Shown: positions 29,190-39,656, counted from the first letter of the stretch. The stretch is 64,000 nucleotides of DNA from Lachnospiraceae bacterium (GCA_017467805.1 JAFUKJ010000045.1:1392-65391), one strand, 5' to 3'. The notes: generated by a model not told the origin, from the letters alone. Program-made: numbers and translations.

Positions 29190-31460
29190 ATGAACGTAAA
29201 AACAAATTTGGAAGCAGTAGCACAGAAGATGTACGGTAAAGCAATTGCACAGCTTGATGACAAGCAGCTTTACTTTGCAATCCTGCAGATGACTAAGGAA
29301 ATGATGCAGGGTAAGGGCCAGATTAAGGGAAGCAAGAAGGTATATTATATTTCAGCAGAGTTCTTAATCGGTAAGCTTTTATCTAACAACTTAATCAACC
29401 TTGGTATCTATGATGAGTTAGAGGATGTACTTAAGGCAGAGGGTAAGACTCTTAGCCGTATCGAAGAGATTGAGCCAGAACCATCACTTGGTAACGGTGG
29501 TCTTGGAAGACTTGCAGCATGCTTCCTTGATTCTATCGCATCTCTTGGACTTCCAGGAGACGGTATCGGTTTGAATTATCATTTTGGTTTATTTAAGCAG
29601 GTATTCGTAGACAGACAGCAGACAGCCGAGAAGAACGACTGGATTGAAGAGCAGTCATGGTTAACAAAGACAGACATCACATTCCCTGTATACTTCGGTA
29701 AGAAGAAGGTTATGTCAAGATTATATGATATCGATGTAATCGGTTATGAGCAGGGCGTAAATAAGCTTCATTTATTTGATATTGAGACAATCGACGAGAG
29801 CATCGTTGAGGATGGTATTGATTTTGATAAGAACGATGTAGATAAGAACCTTACATTATTCTTATATCCAGATGATTCAGATGAGGCAGGTCAGATGCTT
29901 CGTATTTACCAGCAGTATTTCATGGTATGTAACGGCGCACAGCTTATTTTAAAGGAAATGAAGGATAATGGTTATGACCTTCATAAGATGTATGACCATG
30001 CAGTTATTCAGATTAACGATACACATCCTACAATGGTAATTCCTGAGCTTATCAGAATCCTTACAGAGGAAGAAGGCTTCGATATGGAAGAGGCTATTGA
30101 GGTAGTAAGCAAGACTTGTGCATATACAAACCACACTATCCTTGCAGAAGCATTAGAGAAGTGGCCAATCAAGTATTTACAGAAGGTTGTTCCGCAGTTA
30201 ATGCCTATTATCTGGGAGTTGGATAAGAGAGCAGCTATCAAGTATGATGATCCAAAGGTACAGATTATCGATAAGGATTTAAGAGTACACATGGCTCATA
30301 TCGATATCCATTACGGATACTCTGTAAATGGTGTTGCTGCTATTCATACAGAGATTTTAAAGGATACAGAGTTAAATCATTTTTATAAGATTTATCCAGA
30401 GAAGTTCAACAACAAGACAAATGGTATTACTTTCAGAAGATGGTTATTATCATGTAACAGAGAGCTTGCTGATTTGATTACAAAGACAATTGGTGCAGGC
30501 TACAAGAAGGATGCTGATGAGCTTGAGAAGCTTCTTAAGTTCAAGGATGATGAGGCTCTTTTATCAGCAATTAAGGCTATCAAGAAGGATAAGAAGGTTG
30601 CTTTAGCGCAGTATATTAAGGAGAACGAGGGACAGGATATTAATCCAGAGTCTATCTACGATATCCAGATTAAGAGACTTCATGAGTATAAGCGTCAGCA
30701 GATGAATGCGCTTTATATCATTCACAAGTATCTTGAGATTAAGGCTGGTAAGAAGCCTTCTACACCAATCACATTTATCTTTGGTGCAAAGGCAGCTCCT
30801 GCTTATATCATTGCACAGGATATTATTCATTTACTTCTTTGCTTACAGGAAATCGTGAACAACGATCCAGACGTAAAGGATTATATGAAGGTTGTTATGG
30901 TAGAGAACTACAACGTAAGCTACGCAGAGAAGTTAATTCCTGCATGTGATATTTCAGAGCAGATTTCACTTGCTTCTAAGGAGGCATCTGGTACAGGTAA
31001 CATGAAGTTCATGTTAAACGGTGCTGTAACTCTTGGTACAAGTGATGGTGCAAACGTAGAGATTAACGAGCTTGTTGGCGATGAGAACATCTATGTATTC
31101 GGTGAGAAGTCTGAGCAGGTTATCGAGCATTATGCTAAGGCTGATTACGTATCTAAGAAGTTCTACGAGGGCAGCAAGGTAATCAAGGAAGCAGTTGATT
31201 TCATTATCAGCAAGCAGGTAGTTGCAGTTGGTAATAAGGAGAGATTAACAAGACTTCATAAGGAATTAATCAATAAGGACTGGTTCATGACATTACTTGA
31301 CTTAGAGGATTATATTGCTACTAAGGATAAGATGTTTGAGGACTATAAGGATGAGGCTAAGTGGAAGCGCATGATGCTTGTAAATATTGCAAAGGCAGGC
31401 TTCTTCTCATCAGACAGAACAATTGCAGAGTATAACAGAGACATTTGGAAGTTGAAGTAA
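29190..31460 (+). CDS. glgP: Glycogen/maltodextrin phosphorylase (GT35)
   Basis: [47 protein letters not shown]-lysine motif [10 protein letters not shown]. Confidence 0.95.
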   Translation: MNVKTNLEAVAQKMYGKAIAQLDDKQLYFAILQMTKEMMQGKGQIKGSKKVYYISAEFLIGKLLSNNLINLGIYDELEDVLKAEGKTLSRIEEIEPEPSLGNGGLGRLAACFLDSIASLGLPGDGIGLNYHFGLFKQVFVDRQQTAEKNDWIEEQSWLTKTDITFPVYFGKKKVMSRLYDIDVIGYEQGVNKLHLFDIETIDESIVEDGIDFDKNDVDKNLTLFLYPDDSDEAGQMLRIYQQYFMVCNGAQLILKEMKDNGYDLHKMYDHAVIQINDTHPTMVIPELIRILTEEEGFDMEEAIEVVSKTCAYTNHTILAEALEKWPIKYLQKVVPQLMPIIWELDKRAAIKYDDPKVQIIDKDLRVHMAHIDIHYGYSVNGVAAIHTEILKDTELNHFYKIYPEKFNNKTNGITFRRWLLSCNRELADLITKTIGAGYKKDADELEKLLKFKDDEALLSAIKAIKKDKKVALAQYIKENEGQDINPESIYDIQIKRLHEYKRQQMNALYIIHKYLEIKAGKKPSTPITFIFGAKAAPAYIIAQDIIHLLLCLQEIVNNDPDVKDYMKVVMVENYNVSYAEKLIPACDISEQISLASKEASGTGNMKFMLNGAVTLGTSDGANVEINELVGDENIYVFGEKSEQVIEHYAKADYVSKKFYEGSKVIKEAVDFIISKQVVAVGNKERLTRLHKELINKDWFMTLLDLEDYIATKDKMFEDYKDEAKWKRMMLVNIAKAGFFSSDRTIAEYNRDIWKLK

Positions 31461-31464
31461 GTAA

Positions 31465-31494
31465 GGCGGCGCCCCTTTTGGGGGCGCTGTTTTG
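31465..31494 (+). terminator. Intrinsic terminator after glgP
   Basis: GC-rich stem GCGGCGCCCC/GGGGCGCTGT plus T-run. Confidence 0.85.
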
Positions 31495-31535
31495 TTGTGT
31501 GAAAGTGTAGGAATTTCTTTGCTCTGGATAGTGAT

Positions 31536-31623
31536 TGTGGCAAAGAGCAAGAAAAATGATGCTATTGCCACAGTGAAGGTGATGGTTGTGGCAAAGGGCG
31601 GGAAAATGCTGCTCGTTGCCACA
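31536..31623. repeat. Tandem pair of 37-bp palindromic units
   Basis: TGTGGCAA-N21-TTGCCACA at 31536-31572 and 31587-31623. Confidence 0.8.
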
Positions 31624-31693
31624 CTAGATGGAAAAAGTGTAGAAAAGAAAGGTAGGAAATCCATGGGAAACCTAAGGAAAATCGAATTACCTA

Positions 31694-31750
31694 TTGCGAA
31701 AAAGTAAACTAAATGATATGATTTTCTTAAATATTGGAAACGTTACCAAT
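31694..31750 (+). promoter_or_regulatory. malQ SigA promoter and LacI/cre-type operator
   Basis: TTGCGA-N17-TATGAT with extended TG (31694-31722); near-palindrome ATTGGAAACGTTACCAAT at 31733-31750. Confidence 0.7.
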
Positions 31751-31947
31751 AAATAATAATAAGATAAAAGATATGCTGATATTAAGCAAGTACAGGCAAT
31801 TATAGTATAGCGATATGGAACATTATACGTGACGGCAGAGATGTGCATTGAAGCTTAGAAAAGGGATGAGTGATGGAGGGGAATCCTGAAGAGTAGTGGG
31901 ATAGTGTGATGAAAAGGTATCAGCAAAGAAGAATTGGGAGGTTATGT

Positions 31948-33429
31948 ATGAGAAAATGTGGAGTGTTATTACCAATATCAAGCTTGCCAAGTAAGTATGG
32001 AATCGGTGGCTTTTCAAAGGAGGCTTATGATTTTGTTGACTTTCTTGCGAAGGGCGGGCAGACTTACTGGCAGATATTGCCATTAGGACCAACAGGCTAT
32101 GGAGATTCGCCATATCAGGCGTTCTCGGCATTTGCAGGTAATCCATACTATATTAGCTTGGAGAAGCTGATAGATGAGGGACTTCTGACAGCAAAAGAGT
32201 GTGAGGCAGAAGATTCTTATGACAATGAGAATTACGTGAATTATGAAAAAATATATTACACCAGATTCAAGCTTTTGAAAAAAGCATTTGACAGAGCGGA
32301 TTTAAACGGAGATAATTCATATCAGAGCTTTGTAAAGGAAAATGAAGCATGGTTAATGGATTATGCTACTTATATGGCAATTAAGGATTCTTTAGGTGGA
32401 ATCTCATGGATAGAGTGGGACGAGGATATTAAGCTTCGTAAGCCAGAGGCTATGGCACGCTATCAGAAGGAGCTGGCAGAGGAAATCAGCTTCTATTGCT
32501 ATCAGCAGTATCTCTTTGCAAAGCAGTGGGCAGAGCTTAAGGCATATGCGAATCAGAAGGGAGTCTCTATTATAGGAGATATTCCAATCTATGTAGCATT
32601 TGATAGTGCGGATACATGGGCGAATCCTGAGTTGTTCCAGTTAGATGAGAAGAATATTCCGATTGCAGTAGCAGGCTGTCCTCCTGATGCATTTTCAGCA
32701 ACAGGTCAGTTATGGGGTAATCCTTTATATCGTTGGGATTATCATGAGCAGACAGGCTTTGCATGGTGGGTTCGTCGAATGGAATATTGTTTCAGATTAT
32801 ATGATATGGTTCGTATCGACCACTTCAGAGGCTTTGATGAGTACTGGGCGATTCCGTATGGGGATGAGACAGCAGAGTTTGGTGAGTGGAAGAAGGGACC
32901 AGGCTATGCACTCTTTGCAGAGATGAAGAAGCAGCTTGGCAACAGACCAATTATTGCAGAGGACTTAGGCTTCCTGACACCAAGCGTAATAAAGCTTGTG
33001 AAGAAGACAGGATATCCTGGTATGAAGATATTGCAGTTTGCCTTTGATTCCAGAGAGGAAAGCGATTATCTGCCACATAATTATACAAGCAATAGCGTAG
33101 TATATACAGGAACACATGATAATGATACTGTAAATGGCTGGATTCCTGCAATGAGCAGAAAGGATTTGGCATTTGCAAAGAAGTATACAGGCGCAAAGCG
33201 TACAAAAGATATTTGTCCTGCATTGATTAAGATGGCACTTGCCAGCGTATCTGACACAGCGATTATTCCTTTACAGGATTATTTGGAGCTTGGCAGCGAG
33301 GCAAGAATCAATACACCATCCACACTTGGAAACAATTGGCATTGGAGAGTAACAGCAGAGGTCATGACAGATGAGCTTGCTACAAAGATGTTAGACTGGG
33401 CGCGTACTTTTGGACGTATTGCCAGATAG
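31948..33429 (+). CDS. malQ: 4-alpha-glucanotransferase (GH77)
   Basis: GVLLPISSLP, WQILPLGP, GDSPYQ, GQLWGNP, RIDHFRGF, AEDLG, YTGTHDN; start after RBS GGAGG. Confidence 0.95.
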   Translation: MRKCGVLLPISSLPSKYGIGGFSKEAYDFVDFLAKGGQTYWQILPLGPTGYGDSPYQAFSAFAGNPYYISLEKLIDEGLLTAKECEAEDSYDNENYVNYEKIYYTRFKLLKKAFDRADLNGDNSYQSFVKENEAWLMDYATYMAIKDSLGGISWIEWDEDIKLRKPEAMARYQKELAEEISFYCYQQYLFAKQWAELKAYANQKGVSIIGDIPIYVAFDSADTWANPELFQLDEKNIPIAVAGCPPDAFSATGQLWGNPLYRWDYHEQTGFAWWVRRMEYCFRLYDMVRIDHFRGFDEYWAIPYGDETAEFGEWKKGPGYALFAEMKKQLGNRPIIAEDLGFLTPSVIKLVKKTGYPGMKILQFAFDSREESDYLPHNYTSNSVVYTGTHDNDTVNGWIPAMSRKDLAFAKKYTGAKRTKDICPALIKMALASVSDTAIIPLQDYLELGSEARINTPSTLGNNWHWRVTAEVMTDELATKMLDWARTFGRIAR

Positions 33430-33442
33430 TATAAAGATAAAG

Positions 33443-33470
33443 ACTGCGTCGGTGGGGAGGCCGACGCAGT
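33443..33470. other. Strong stem-loop between malQ and the LacI gene, no U-tract
   Basis: ACTGCGTCGG/CCGACGCAGT. Confidence 0.6.
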
Positions 33471-33498
33471 GTAATATAGAGAAAGGTGTGGGGTTACG

Positions 33499-34545
33499 AT
33501 GTTTGAACCTACAATAAAAGACATAGCGAAGCTATGCGGTGTTGGTGTCAGTACAGTATCCAGGGCAATTAACAATCATCCTGATATTAATCCAGAGACC
33601 AAGGCAAAGATATTAGAGACGATTAAGGAGTATGGCTATGTACCGAATAACAGCGCGCGTAATCTGAAGCGTGTGGATGCTAAGGCGATTGCGGTACTGG
33701 TAAAGGGTATTACAAACCCGTTCTTCTCTAATATGATTAAGGTCATAGAGGAAGAGTGTAAGCGTAAGAAATATTCCATGGAGCTACAGCATATCGAGAC
33801 TGATGAGGATGAGGTAGAAGTAGCACAGAAGGTAGTAAAGGAGAAGCGTCTGCGAGGAATTATATTCCTTGGAGGCCGTTTTTCGCATTCAGAGGATAAG
33901 CTGAAAAAGCTTAATGTTCCTTTCGTATTCAGTACGGCAGGTTCCGTACCTGAGAATATCAGTAAGCATCATTATTCCAGTATCGGTGTAGATGACAGAA
34001 AGGAAGCTGCAAAGGTTATTGATTATCTGATTGGACTTGGACATACAAAGATTGCATTGATTGCAACAGAGACAGAAGCAAAGAGTATCGGTCAGCTGCG
34101 TATGCAGGGATACTTCGATGCACTTTCCAGACACAATATACCAGTAAATTACAGACTGATTTATCAGACAAGAGAGGATATTGACCATTTCTCTATGGAG
34201 AATGGTTACCAGACTGCGCAGAGACTGCTGGCATCGGGAGAGCCGTTTACAGCTGTGTTTGCAATGTCGGATACATTGGCAATAGGAGCTTCCAGAGCCT
34301 TATCAGAGGCGGGCTTGCGAATACCTGATGACGTTTCTTTGGTGGGGTATGATGGTATCGAGGTAGGAGATTATATGACACCGAAGCTGACTACCATCCG
34401 TCAGCCGATTGAGGATATGGCAAAGGCGACAACGAAGCTGCTATTTGACATTATTTCGGGTAAGAAGGAGCATCAGCATTTGGCGTATGATGCTGAGCTT
34501 CTGGAGAAGGAATCAACGAAAGCGCTGGAAGGACACGGTAACTGA
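33499..34545 (+). CDS. LacI-family regulator, possibly of maltodextrin genes
   Basis: TIKDIAKLCGVGVSTVSRAINN; YVPNNSARNL; SLVGYD; LTTIRQP. Confidence 0.9.
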   Translation: MFEPTIKDIAKLCGVGVSTVSRAINNHPDINPETKAKILETIKEYGYVPNNSARNLKRVDAKAIAVLVKGITNPFFSNMIKVIEEECKRKKYSMELQHIETDEDEVEVAQKVVKEKRLRGIIFLGGRFSHSEDKLKKLNVPFVFSTAGSVPENISKHHYSSIGVDDRKEAAKVIDYLIGLGHTKIALIATETEAKSIGQLRMQGYFDALSRHNIPVNYRLIYQTREDIDHFSMENGYQTAQRLLASGEPFTAVFAMSDTLAIGASRALSEAGLRIPDDVSLVGYDGIEVGDYMTPKLTTIRQPIEDMAKATTKLLFDIISGKKEHQHLAYDAELLEKESTKALEGHGN

Positions 34546-35750
34546 TGTTTCAGATTAAATTGTTTGGATACTTTCGAATGACAAGAAAAGGACAAATGCT
34601 GGATGAAGGAAGCATTCATTCAACCATATTGATTAAGCTTTTGGTTTTTTTACTGATACATAGGGACAGAGTGATTACAAATATCGAGCTGGAGAAGCAT
34701 TTGTGGAAGCCTCAGGAGATTGAGAATCCTGCAGATGCATTGAAGAATCTGATGTACAGACTTCGTAAGGTTTTGAATACCACTTTTGGTGAGAAAGACT
34801 ATATTCTGACTGGAAGGGGGAATTACCGCTGGAATCCTGAGCATGCAGTAGAGCTGGATGTGGATGTATTCCAACAGGAGTACGAGAAGGTTAAGGAGAA
34901 TCCAGCCAATGAAGAAATCAGACTGCGTTGTTTGGAAAAGGCAGTGGCAGTTTATAAAGGTATGTTTTTGGCCAACTTGGAAAATGACTATTGGGTAAGC
35001 AATCAAAGCATGTTATATCATTCCCGATACCTTTATCTTATGGAGATGCTGATAGAGCATCATTGGAAGCAAGAGGCCTTTGAAACGGTTGAAAGACTTT
35101 GCAGCAATTCCTTGGAGATTGATGAATACGAGGAAACTCTGAATTTGTATAAAATAAGAGCACTTCTGCGTCAGGGAAAGGACAGTCAGGCAGAGAAGTT
35201 ATTTGGTACATTGGAGCAGAACATTAAAAGCGGACTGGGAATAAAGGGTGCTGACCTGATTAGAAATTTGAAAAGGGAACTTAGACTCGAAGAGAAAACA
35301 AACGAATTGTCCAGACAGGAAATACAGAGAATGCTGGCAGAACGGACACTGGCAATGGAGAAGAAAGCAGTGCTATGTGATTTTGAGGAGTTCCGTTTTT
35401 TGTATGCGTTACAGGCTAAGAAGAATAAGCGTCGTCAGGAGGAAGGTTATGTGATTCTTTTGACGGTAGAGCTGAATGCAGATATGGAAATTAGTACTGA
35501 TAATGTAGAAGATTATCTGATGCAGTTTGCAATGGAAGGGATAGCGAAAGTGCTTGAGAGTTCGTTGAGAGACTTTGATATTGTGTCAAAGTGCAGTAAT
35601 TGTCAGTACATTATTATGCTGGACAGATGTTCCTATAATAATTCAATCAGTGTAGCGCAGCGTATTTTGAAAAAGCACGAAAGTACTGCAGGTACCAATT
35701 TTGTTAAATTGAATCTTGATATTCATAAAATCACAACGGAAGTTGAGTAA
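34545..35750 (+). CDS. SARP-like regulator: OmpR-type wHTH, BTAD and degenerate GGDEF-like C-terminus
   Basis: LLVFLLIHRDR...LW...ALKNLMYRLRK wHTH; DVDVF...AVAVYKG...YW BTAD; C-terminal LRDFDIVSKCSNCQYIIML. Overlaps the LacI stop (TGATG). Confidence 0.8.
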   Translation: MFQIKLFGYFRMTRKGQMLDEGSIHSTILIKLLVFLLIHRDRVITNIELEKHLWKPQEIENPADALKNLMYRLRKVLNTTFGEKDYILTGRGNYRWNPEHAVELDVDVFQQEYEKVKENPANEEIRLRCLEKAVAVYKGMFLANLENDYWVSNQSMLYHSRYLYLMEMLIEHHWKQEAFETVERLCSNSLEIDEYEETLNLYKIRALLRQGKDSQAEKLFGTLEQNIKSGLGIKGADLIRNLKRELRLEEKTNELSRQEIQRMLAERTLAMEKKAVLCDFEEFRFLYALQAKKNKRRQEEGYVILLTVELNADMEISTDNVEDYLMQFAMEGIAKVLESSLRDFDIVSKCSNCQYIIMLDRCSYNNSISVAQRILKKHESTAGTNFVKLNLDIHKITTEVE

Positions 35751-35933
35751 TTTGAAATTTTTAATGGAAAAAAGTAACAGATTATGTTATCATATCACCA
35801 TGCATAAGGGTTACTTGGGGAGTGACTGCTTGGTTTGACATGATAGTATCTTATGTTGAGAGATATTATGCGCATTTTAGGGAGCGTATAGTATAGAAAT
35901 CACACAGAGTATATGAGGGAGGAGGAGATAGTT

Positions 35934-36533
35934 ATGAAGAGAAGATTTTTAGCATTAGCTTCAGCAGTTATATTAGTGTTCGGCGCACAGATGACAGCTT
36001 TTGCAGCAAGTCCAACTGCAGAGGAGTTACTTGCACCAAGAGTAGACATTGTTGTTGATTTCGAGGATGTGGATGTTTCTGTTGCAGATGGTGATGTAAA
36101 GGTTTATGATCCATCCGCTGGATTTAAGGTTAGCGTTGTGGAAGCAGTGCAGGAGAGCTTAGGTGAAGAGGTTACAATCAAGAGCATTGTTGATGTTGAA
36201 GGTAAGGGTTCTGTAATATTGAATGTACCTGGAGTTGATCCAACAGAGCTCGTTAAGTTGCTTGCTTATAACAATGCGGAGCAGATGTGGGAGTTCCTTC
36301 CAATCGCTACAGCAGATGATATGGTTAGTACAGAGCTTGATGACCATAGCAAGCTTGTTATTTTAGTAGATGAGGCAGTAGCGTTAGCTGATTCAACACC
36401 TGTTGATTTAGACTCAAGTGCATTGATTGCTCCAAGAACAGGTGAGATGGGCGTTGCATTAGTTGTAGTTCTTGCATTAGGCTGTACAGCACTTGTAGCA
36501 GTTTCTAAGAAGAAACTTGCAGTTAATAATTAA
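35934..36533 (+). CDS. Secreted surface protein A with a sortase sorting signal
   Basis: Signal peptide ending AFAA; C-terminal APRTGE, hydrophobic segment and KKK tail; RBS GGAGG. Confidence 0.8.
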   Translation: MKRRFLALASAVILVFGAQMTAFAASPTAEELLAPRVDIVVDFEDVDVSVADGDVKVYDPSAGFKVSVVEAVQESLGEEVTIKSIVDVEGKGSVILNVPGVDPTELVKLLAYNNAEQMWEFLPIATADDMVSTELDDHSKLVILVDEAVALADSTPVDLDSSALIAPRTGEMGVALVVVLALGCTALVAVSKKKLAVNN

Positions 36534-36572
36534 TTTGTATTTTTATATTTAAGATATGTGTGGTTTTGATGG

Positions 36573-36602
36573 GGTCCCCGGTGTGAGTCGGGGACCTGTT
36601 TT
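36573..36602 (+). terminator. Terminator after surface protein A
   Basis: GGTCCCCG/CGGGGACC followed by TGTTTT. Confidence 0.7.
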
Positions 36603-36643
36603 GGGTAGAGAGTTTGGAATTACAGACTGTTTAGGGAGGAAAA

Positions 36644-37726
36644 ATGAAAGAAAAGAAAAAGTCAAAGGTTCTTAAGGGCGTTTGTGTATTTATAGTTTGT
36701 ATTGCAATATTAGCAGTAATGGGAATTGCGACATTTGCAATTGTAAGTAATATAGGAAAACAGAATCTGAAACAGAAGGCGACATCAACAGCGCCAGTGC
36801 TTACTAATGTGACAGTGAATCAAATAGAGAATGAAGAGAAAGAAGAAGAGGATGTTCTGAAAGAGGGACAGATTTATTATAACGGGCAGAAGTATCAGTA
36901 TAATGAGGACATTATGACCTTTGTAATCATGGGAATTGATTATATGGGAACGGTGGAGGAGTTATTGGCAGAGTCTATGGGAGGACAGTCTGATATGAAC
37001 TTTCTGGCGGTGCTCAATCCACATGAGAAAAGCCTAAAGCTGATTATGATTAACCGTAACAGCATGACACAGATACAGCGTTTTGCAACGGATGGAACCT
37101 ATGTGGATACTGTAGATGCACAGATAACATTACAGCATGCATATGGAACTGGAGGAACAGACAGCTGTGAGAAGATGGTTGCTGCTATTGATAATTTGAT
37201 GTATATGATACTGATTCATGGATATTTTGCTATGAACATGGGAGCGATTACGACGCTAAATGATGCCATAGGCGGTGTAGAACTTGTTGCTATGGAGGAT
37301 ATCAAGCATTACGGAACTGATATTAAAAGAGGTGAAACGGTTCACTTACTGGGTGAGGATGCTTTCTGGTATGCAAAGTTTCGTAATCAACATATTCCAG
37401 GTTCGGCGAATGCCAGACTGGAGCGACAGAAGCAGTATTTAAATGCTTTTCTTCAGAAGATGAAGCGAATGGTTAAGGAGGATATGGCATTACTAGTAGA
37501 TTTGTACAAGATTGTAGCAGAATATTCAGTAACAGATGTGTCAGTAGATGAGATGACTTATCTTGTATCTCAGATGATTGGATATAGCTTTGATTTGGGC
37601 AGCATATATTCCGTACCTGGAGAAACAGTAGTAAATGGTGAGTATGAAGAATATTATGTGGATGAAGAAGCCTTGTATGAAATGATTGTAGACATATTCT
37701 ATGAGCCGATAATGGAGGGAGAGTAG
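36644..37726 (+). CDS. LCP (LytR-CpsA-Psr) family protein 1
   Basis: N-terminal TM; GQSDM, INRNS, QHAYG, DAIGGV, YAKFR, ARLERQ, FYEP. Confidence 0.85.
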   Translation: MKEKKKSKVLKGVCVFIVCIAILAVMGIATFAIVSNIGKQNLKQKATSTAPVLTNVTVNQIENEEKEEEDVLKEGQIYYNGQKYQYNEDIMTFVIMGIDYMGTVEELLAESMGGQSDMNFLAVLNPHEKSLKLIMINRNSMTQIQRFATDGTYVDTVDAQITLQHAYGTGGTDSCEKMVAAIDNLMYMILIHGYFAMNMGAITTLNDAIGGVELVAMEDIKHYGTDIKRGETVHLLGEDAFWYAKFRNQHIPGSANARLERQKQYLNAFLQKMKRMVKEDMALLVDLYKIVAEYSVTDVSVDEMTYLVSQMIGYSFDLGSIYSVPGETVVNGEYEEYYVDEEALYEMIVDIFYEPIMEGE

Positions 37727-38560
37727 ATGATGAATAAACGCATGTGGAAGATTATTCTGACAGTGGCTTCGATAGGGCTTGTATTATGCGTCGGTTATAT
37801 CGTGTATTACTCTTATTGCCACATGGGTCAGGGACAGCAGGAGGATTATTATGAGCAGTTGGCAGAGAATGCGACTGCATCAATAGAGGTCGAGACAGAA
37901 GTGGAAATGATGACAATAGAGGAGAGTACAACGTCGGAGGAGCAAGTAGCAGAGACAGAAGAGAATAAGTACATATCCGAGATAGATTTTCAGAAGCTTC
38001 AGTTAGAAGAAAATGCAGACATCTATGCGTGGATACGGATGGATAATACAGTTATTGATTATCCTGTATTGCAGCATCCGTCGGATGATACCTATTATCT
38101 GATGCATAATATCGATGGAAGTTATGGGTATCCAGGCTGTATCTATGCAGAGCTTTATAATAGCAATACATTTGAAGACCCTGTTACGGTATTATATGGA
38201 CACAATATGAAGAATGGTACGATGTTTGGCTCACTGCATCAGTTTGAAGATGAAAGCTTTTTTGAAGAGAATAAAGAGTTCGTAATTTATATGCCTGATA
38301 AAACGCTGGTATATGATATTGCAATTGCGAAGGAAACAGATGATAAGCGTATTACGGTATGGTACAATTTTGAGGAAGAGACCAGTTATCAGAAATATAT
38401 TGATGAGCTGCTTTCAGGTGAAGAATCGGAGCTGTATCGTAGAAGGGAAGAGATAGAGATTACTACAGAGGACAAGTTGGTAGTTTTACAGACTTGTGTA
38501 TCTGAGCGAAAGTCTAACAGATATGTTGTCGTAGGTGTTTTGCGAGAGATAATTGAATAG
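37727..38560 (+). CDS. srtB: Class B sortase
   Basis: TM anchor; DIYAWIRMDNTVIDYPVLQ; YGHNMKNGTMFGSL (His); LQTC (Cys); RYVV (Arg). Confidence 0.9.
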   Translation: MMNKRMWKIILTVASIGLVLCVGYIVYYSYCHMGQGQQEDYYEQLAENATASIEVETEVEMMTIEESTTSEEQVAETEENKYISEIDFQKLQLEENADIYAWIRMDNTVIDYPVLQHPSDDTYYLMHNIDGSYGYPGCIYAELYNSNTFEDPVTVLYGHNMKNGTMFGSLHQFEDESFFEENKEFVIYMPDKTLVYDIAIAKETDDKRITVWYNFEEETSYQKYIDELLSGEESELYRRREEIEITTEDKLVVLQTCVSERKSNRYVVVGVLREIIE

Positions 38561-38715
38561 AATAATGTCTGTCAAAATAATAAAAAAGATAGCAAATAAC
38601 AGATAAAAGTGTTATAATGGGTAAAAGGGAATTGAAATTTACTTATGTTATGCGAAAGGCAGCTTGGTCAGGCATATAGTGACGCATACTGAATCTTGGA
38701 AAGTGGGGATTAGGT

Positions 38716-39336
38716 ATGAGAGAAAAGTATGTAAAACGGGGAATGCGCGTATTCGCATTATTAATATGTACTGTATTTGTTACTTTGATGGTAGGAATGC
38801 CTGAAGAAGATGCTACAATTTTTATTGATGAGTGGGAACAGGAGACACCTCTTGCAGATACATTACCGTTAGATGAGTATTATGTCATATTGGCAGAGAC
38901 CTTGGTACTGCTTCCGCAGAATATTATAGAACAGTTTTATGCGGATGGCTGGGGAATTGTAATTACGCAGGAAAGTCTTTCTGATATGTACTATAAAGGT
39001 ATTTATAATAATGTTATGGCGGTTACGGATGGTTATATTAAAGTAATTTGGATATCTGCCAGTGAAAAGTCAATTCGTAATTCGGTGATTCACGAGATGG
39101 GACATTATATACAGTTTACCTATGATTTCCCGAATAAGACAGAAGAGTTTGAGGCGATTTATGAGGCAGAGCGTAAGAAGTTTGTGGTAGTTGGCGGAAG
39201 TGCTGCTCAGGCAAGAAGCAGCAGCTTAGAGTATTTCGCAGAAGCATTTCAGGAGTACTTTTTACATCCTGACAGTTTGTTAGAAAACACGCCGCTTACC
39301 TATCAATACATAGCAAACTATGTTGCAAATTTTTAA
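38716..39336 (+). CDS. Zinc metalloprotease, anthrax-lethal-factor-like (ATLF/PPEP-type) domain
   Basis: Hydrophobic N-terminus; IHEMGH (HExxH); EYFAEAF; C-terminal PLTYQYI. Confidence 0.75.
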   Translation: MREKYVKRGMRVFALLICTVFVTLMVGMPEEDATIFIDEWEQETPLADTLPLDEYYVILAETLVLLPQNIIEQFYADGWGIVITQESLSDMYYKGIYNNVMAVTDGYIKVIWISASEKSIRNSVIHEMGHYIQFTYDFPNKTEEFEAIYEAERKKFVVVGGSAAQARSSSLEYFAEAFQEYFLHPDSLLENTPLTYQYIANYVANF

Positions 39337-39368
39337 ACATATATTAGCTGATTAATGAGAATATTAGA

Positions 39369-39398
39369 AAAAGGCTGACGGCTGTCAGTCTTTTTTTG
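39369..39398 (+). terminator. Terminator after the metalloprotease
   Basis: AGGCTGAC/GTCAGTCT plus T-run. Confidence 0.75.
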
Positions 39399-39656
39399 AT
39401 GTATACGAACAATGTTCATTTATGACATGGCAATCAAGACAAAAATTGTTCATTTCAAAGGAGGATTTTTGTGAACTTTACTATGGAAAATTAGATTGTT
39501 TTATGATATAGTAATATCCGCATGAGCATTTCTGAGTATACATAATAATTTAAATCATTAAGAGAGAAATGTTTTTGAGGGAGATATTATACGTTTCGCG
39601 ATTGTAAATGTGTAATATAGAAAATCACACAAATATTCATGGAGGAGGAGTATATC

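Noticed and set aside
31492-31707. 71-aa ORF, opposite-strand 84-aa ORF, or a mini-CRISPR
   Set aside because: They translate the palindromic repeats; the units differ internally and are only 14 bp apart.
27980-31947. Longer ORF-track starts for LacI (27980), glgP (29157) and malQ (31906)
   Set aside because: The extensions run through promoter, operator or leader sequence; downstream starts have proper RBSs and family-typical N-termini.
38620-38715. c-di-GMP or c-di-AMP riboswitch in the protease leader
   Set aside because: Fragments such as GACGCA and CTGAATC are present, but no GEMM or ydaO stems or consensus could be built.
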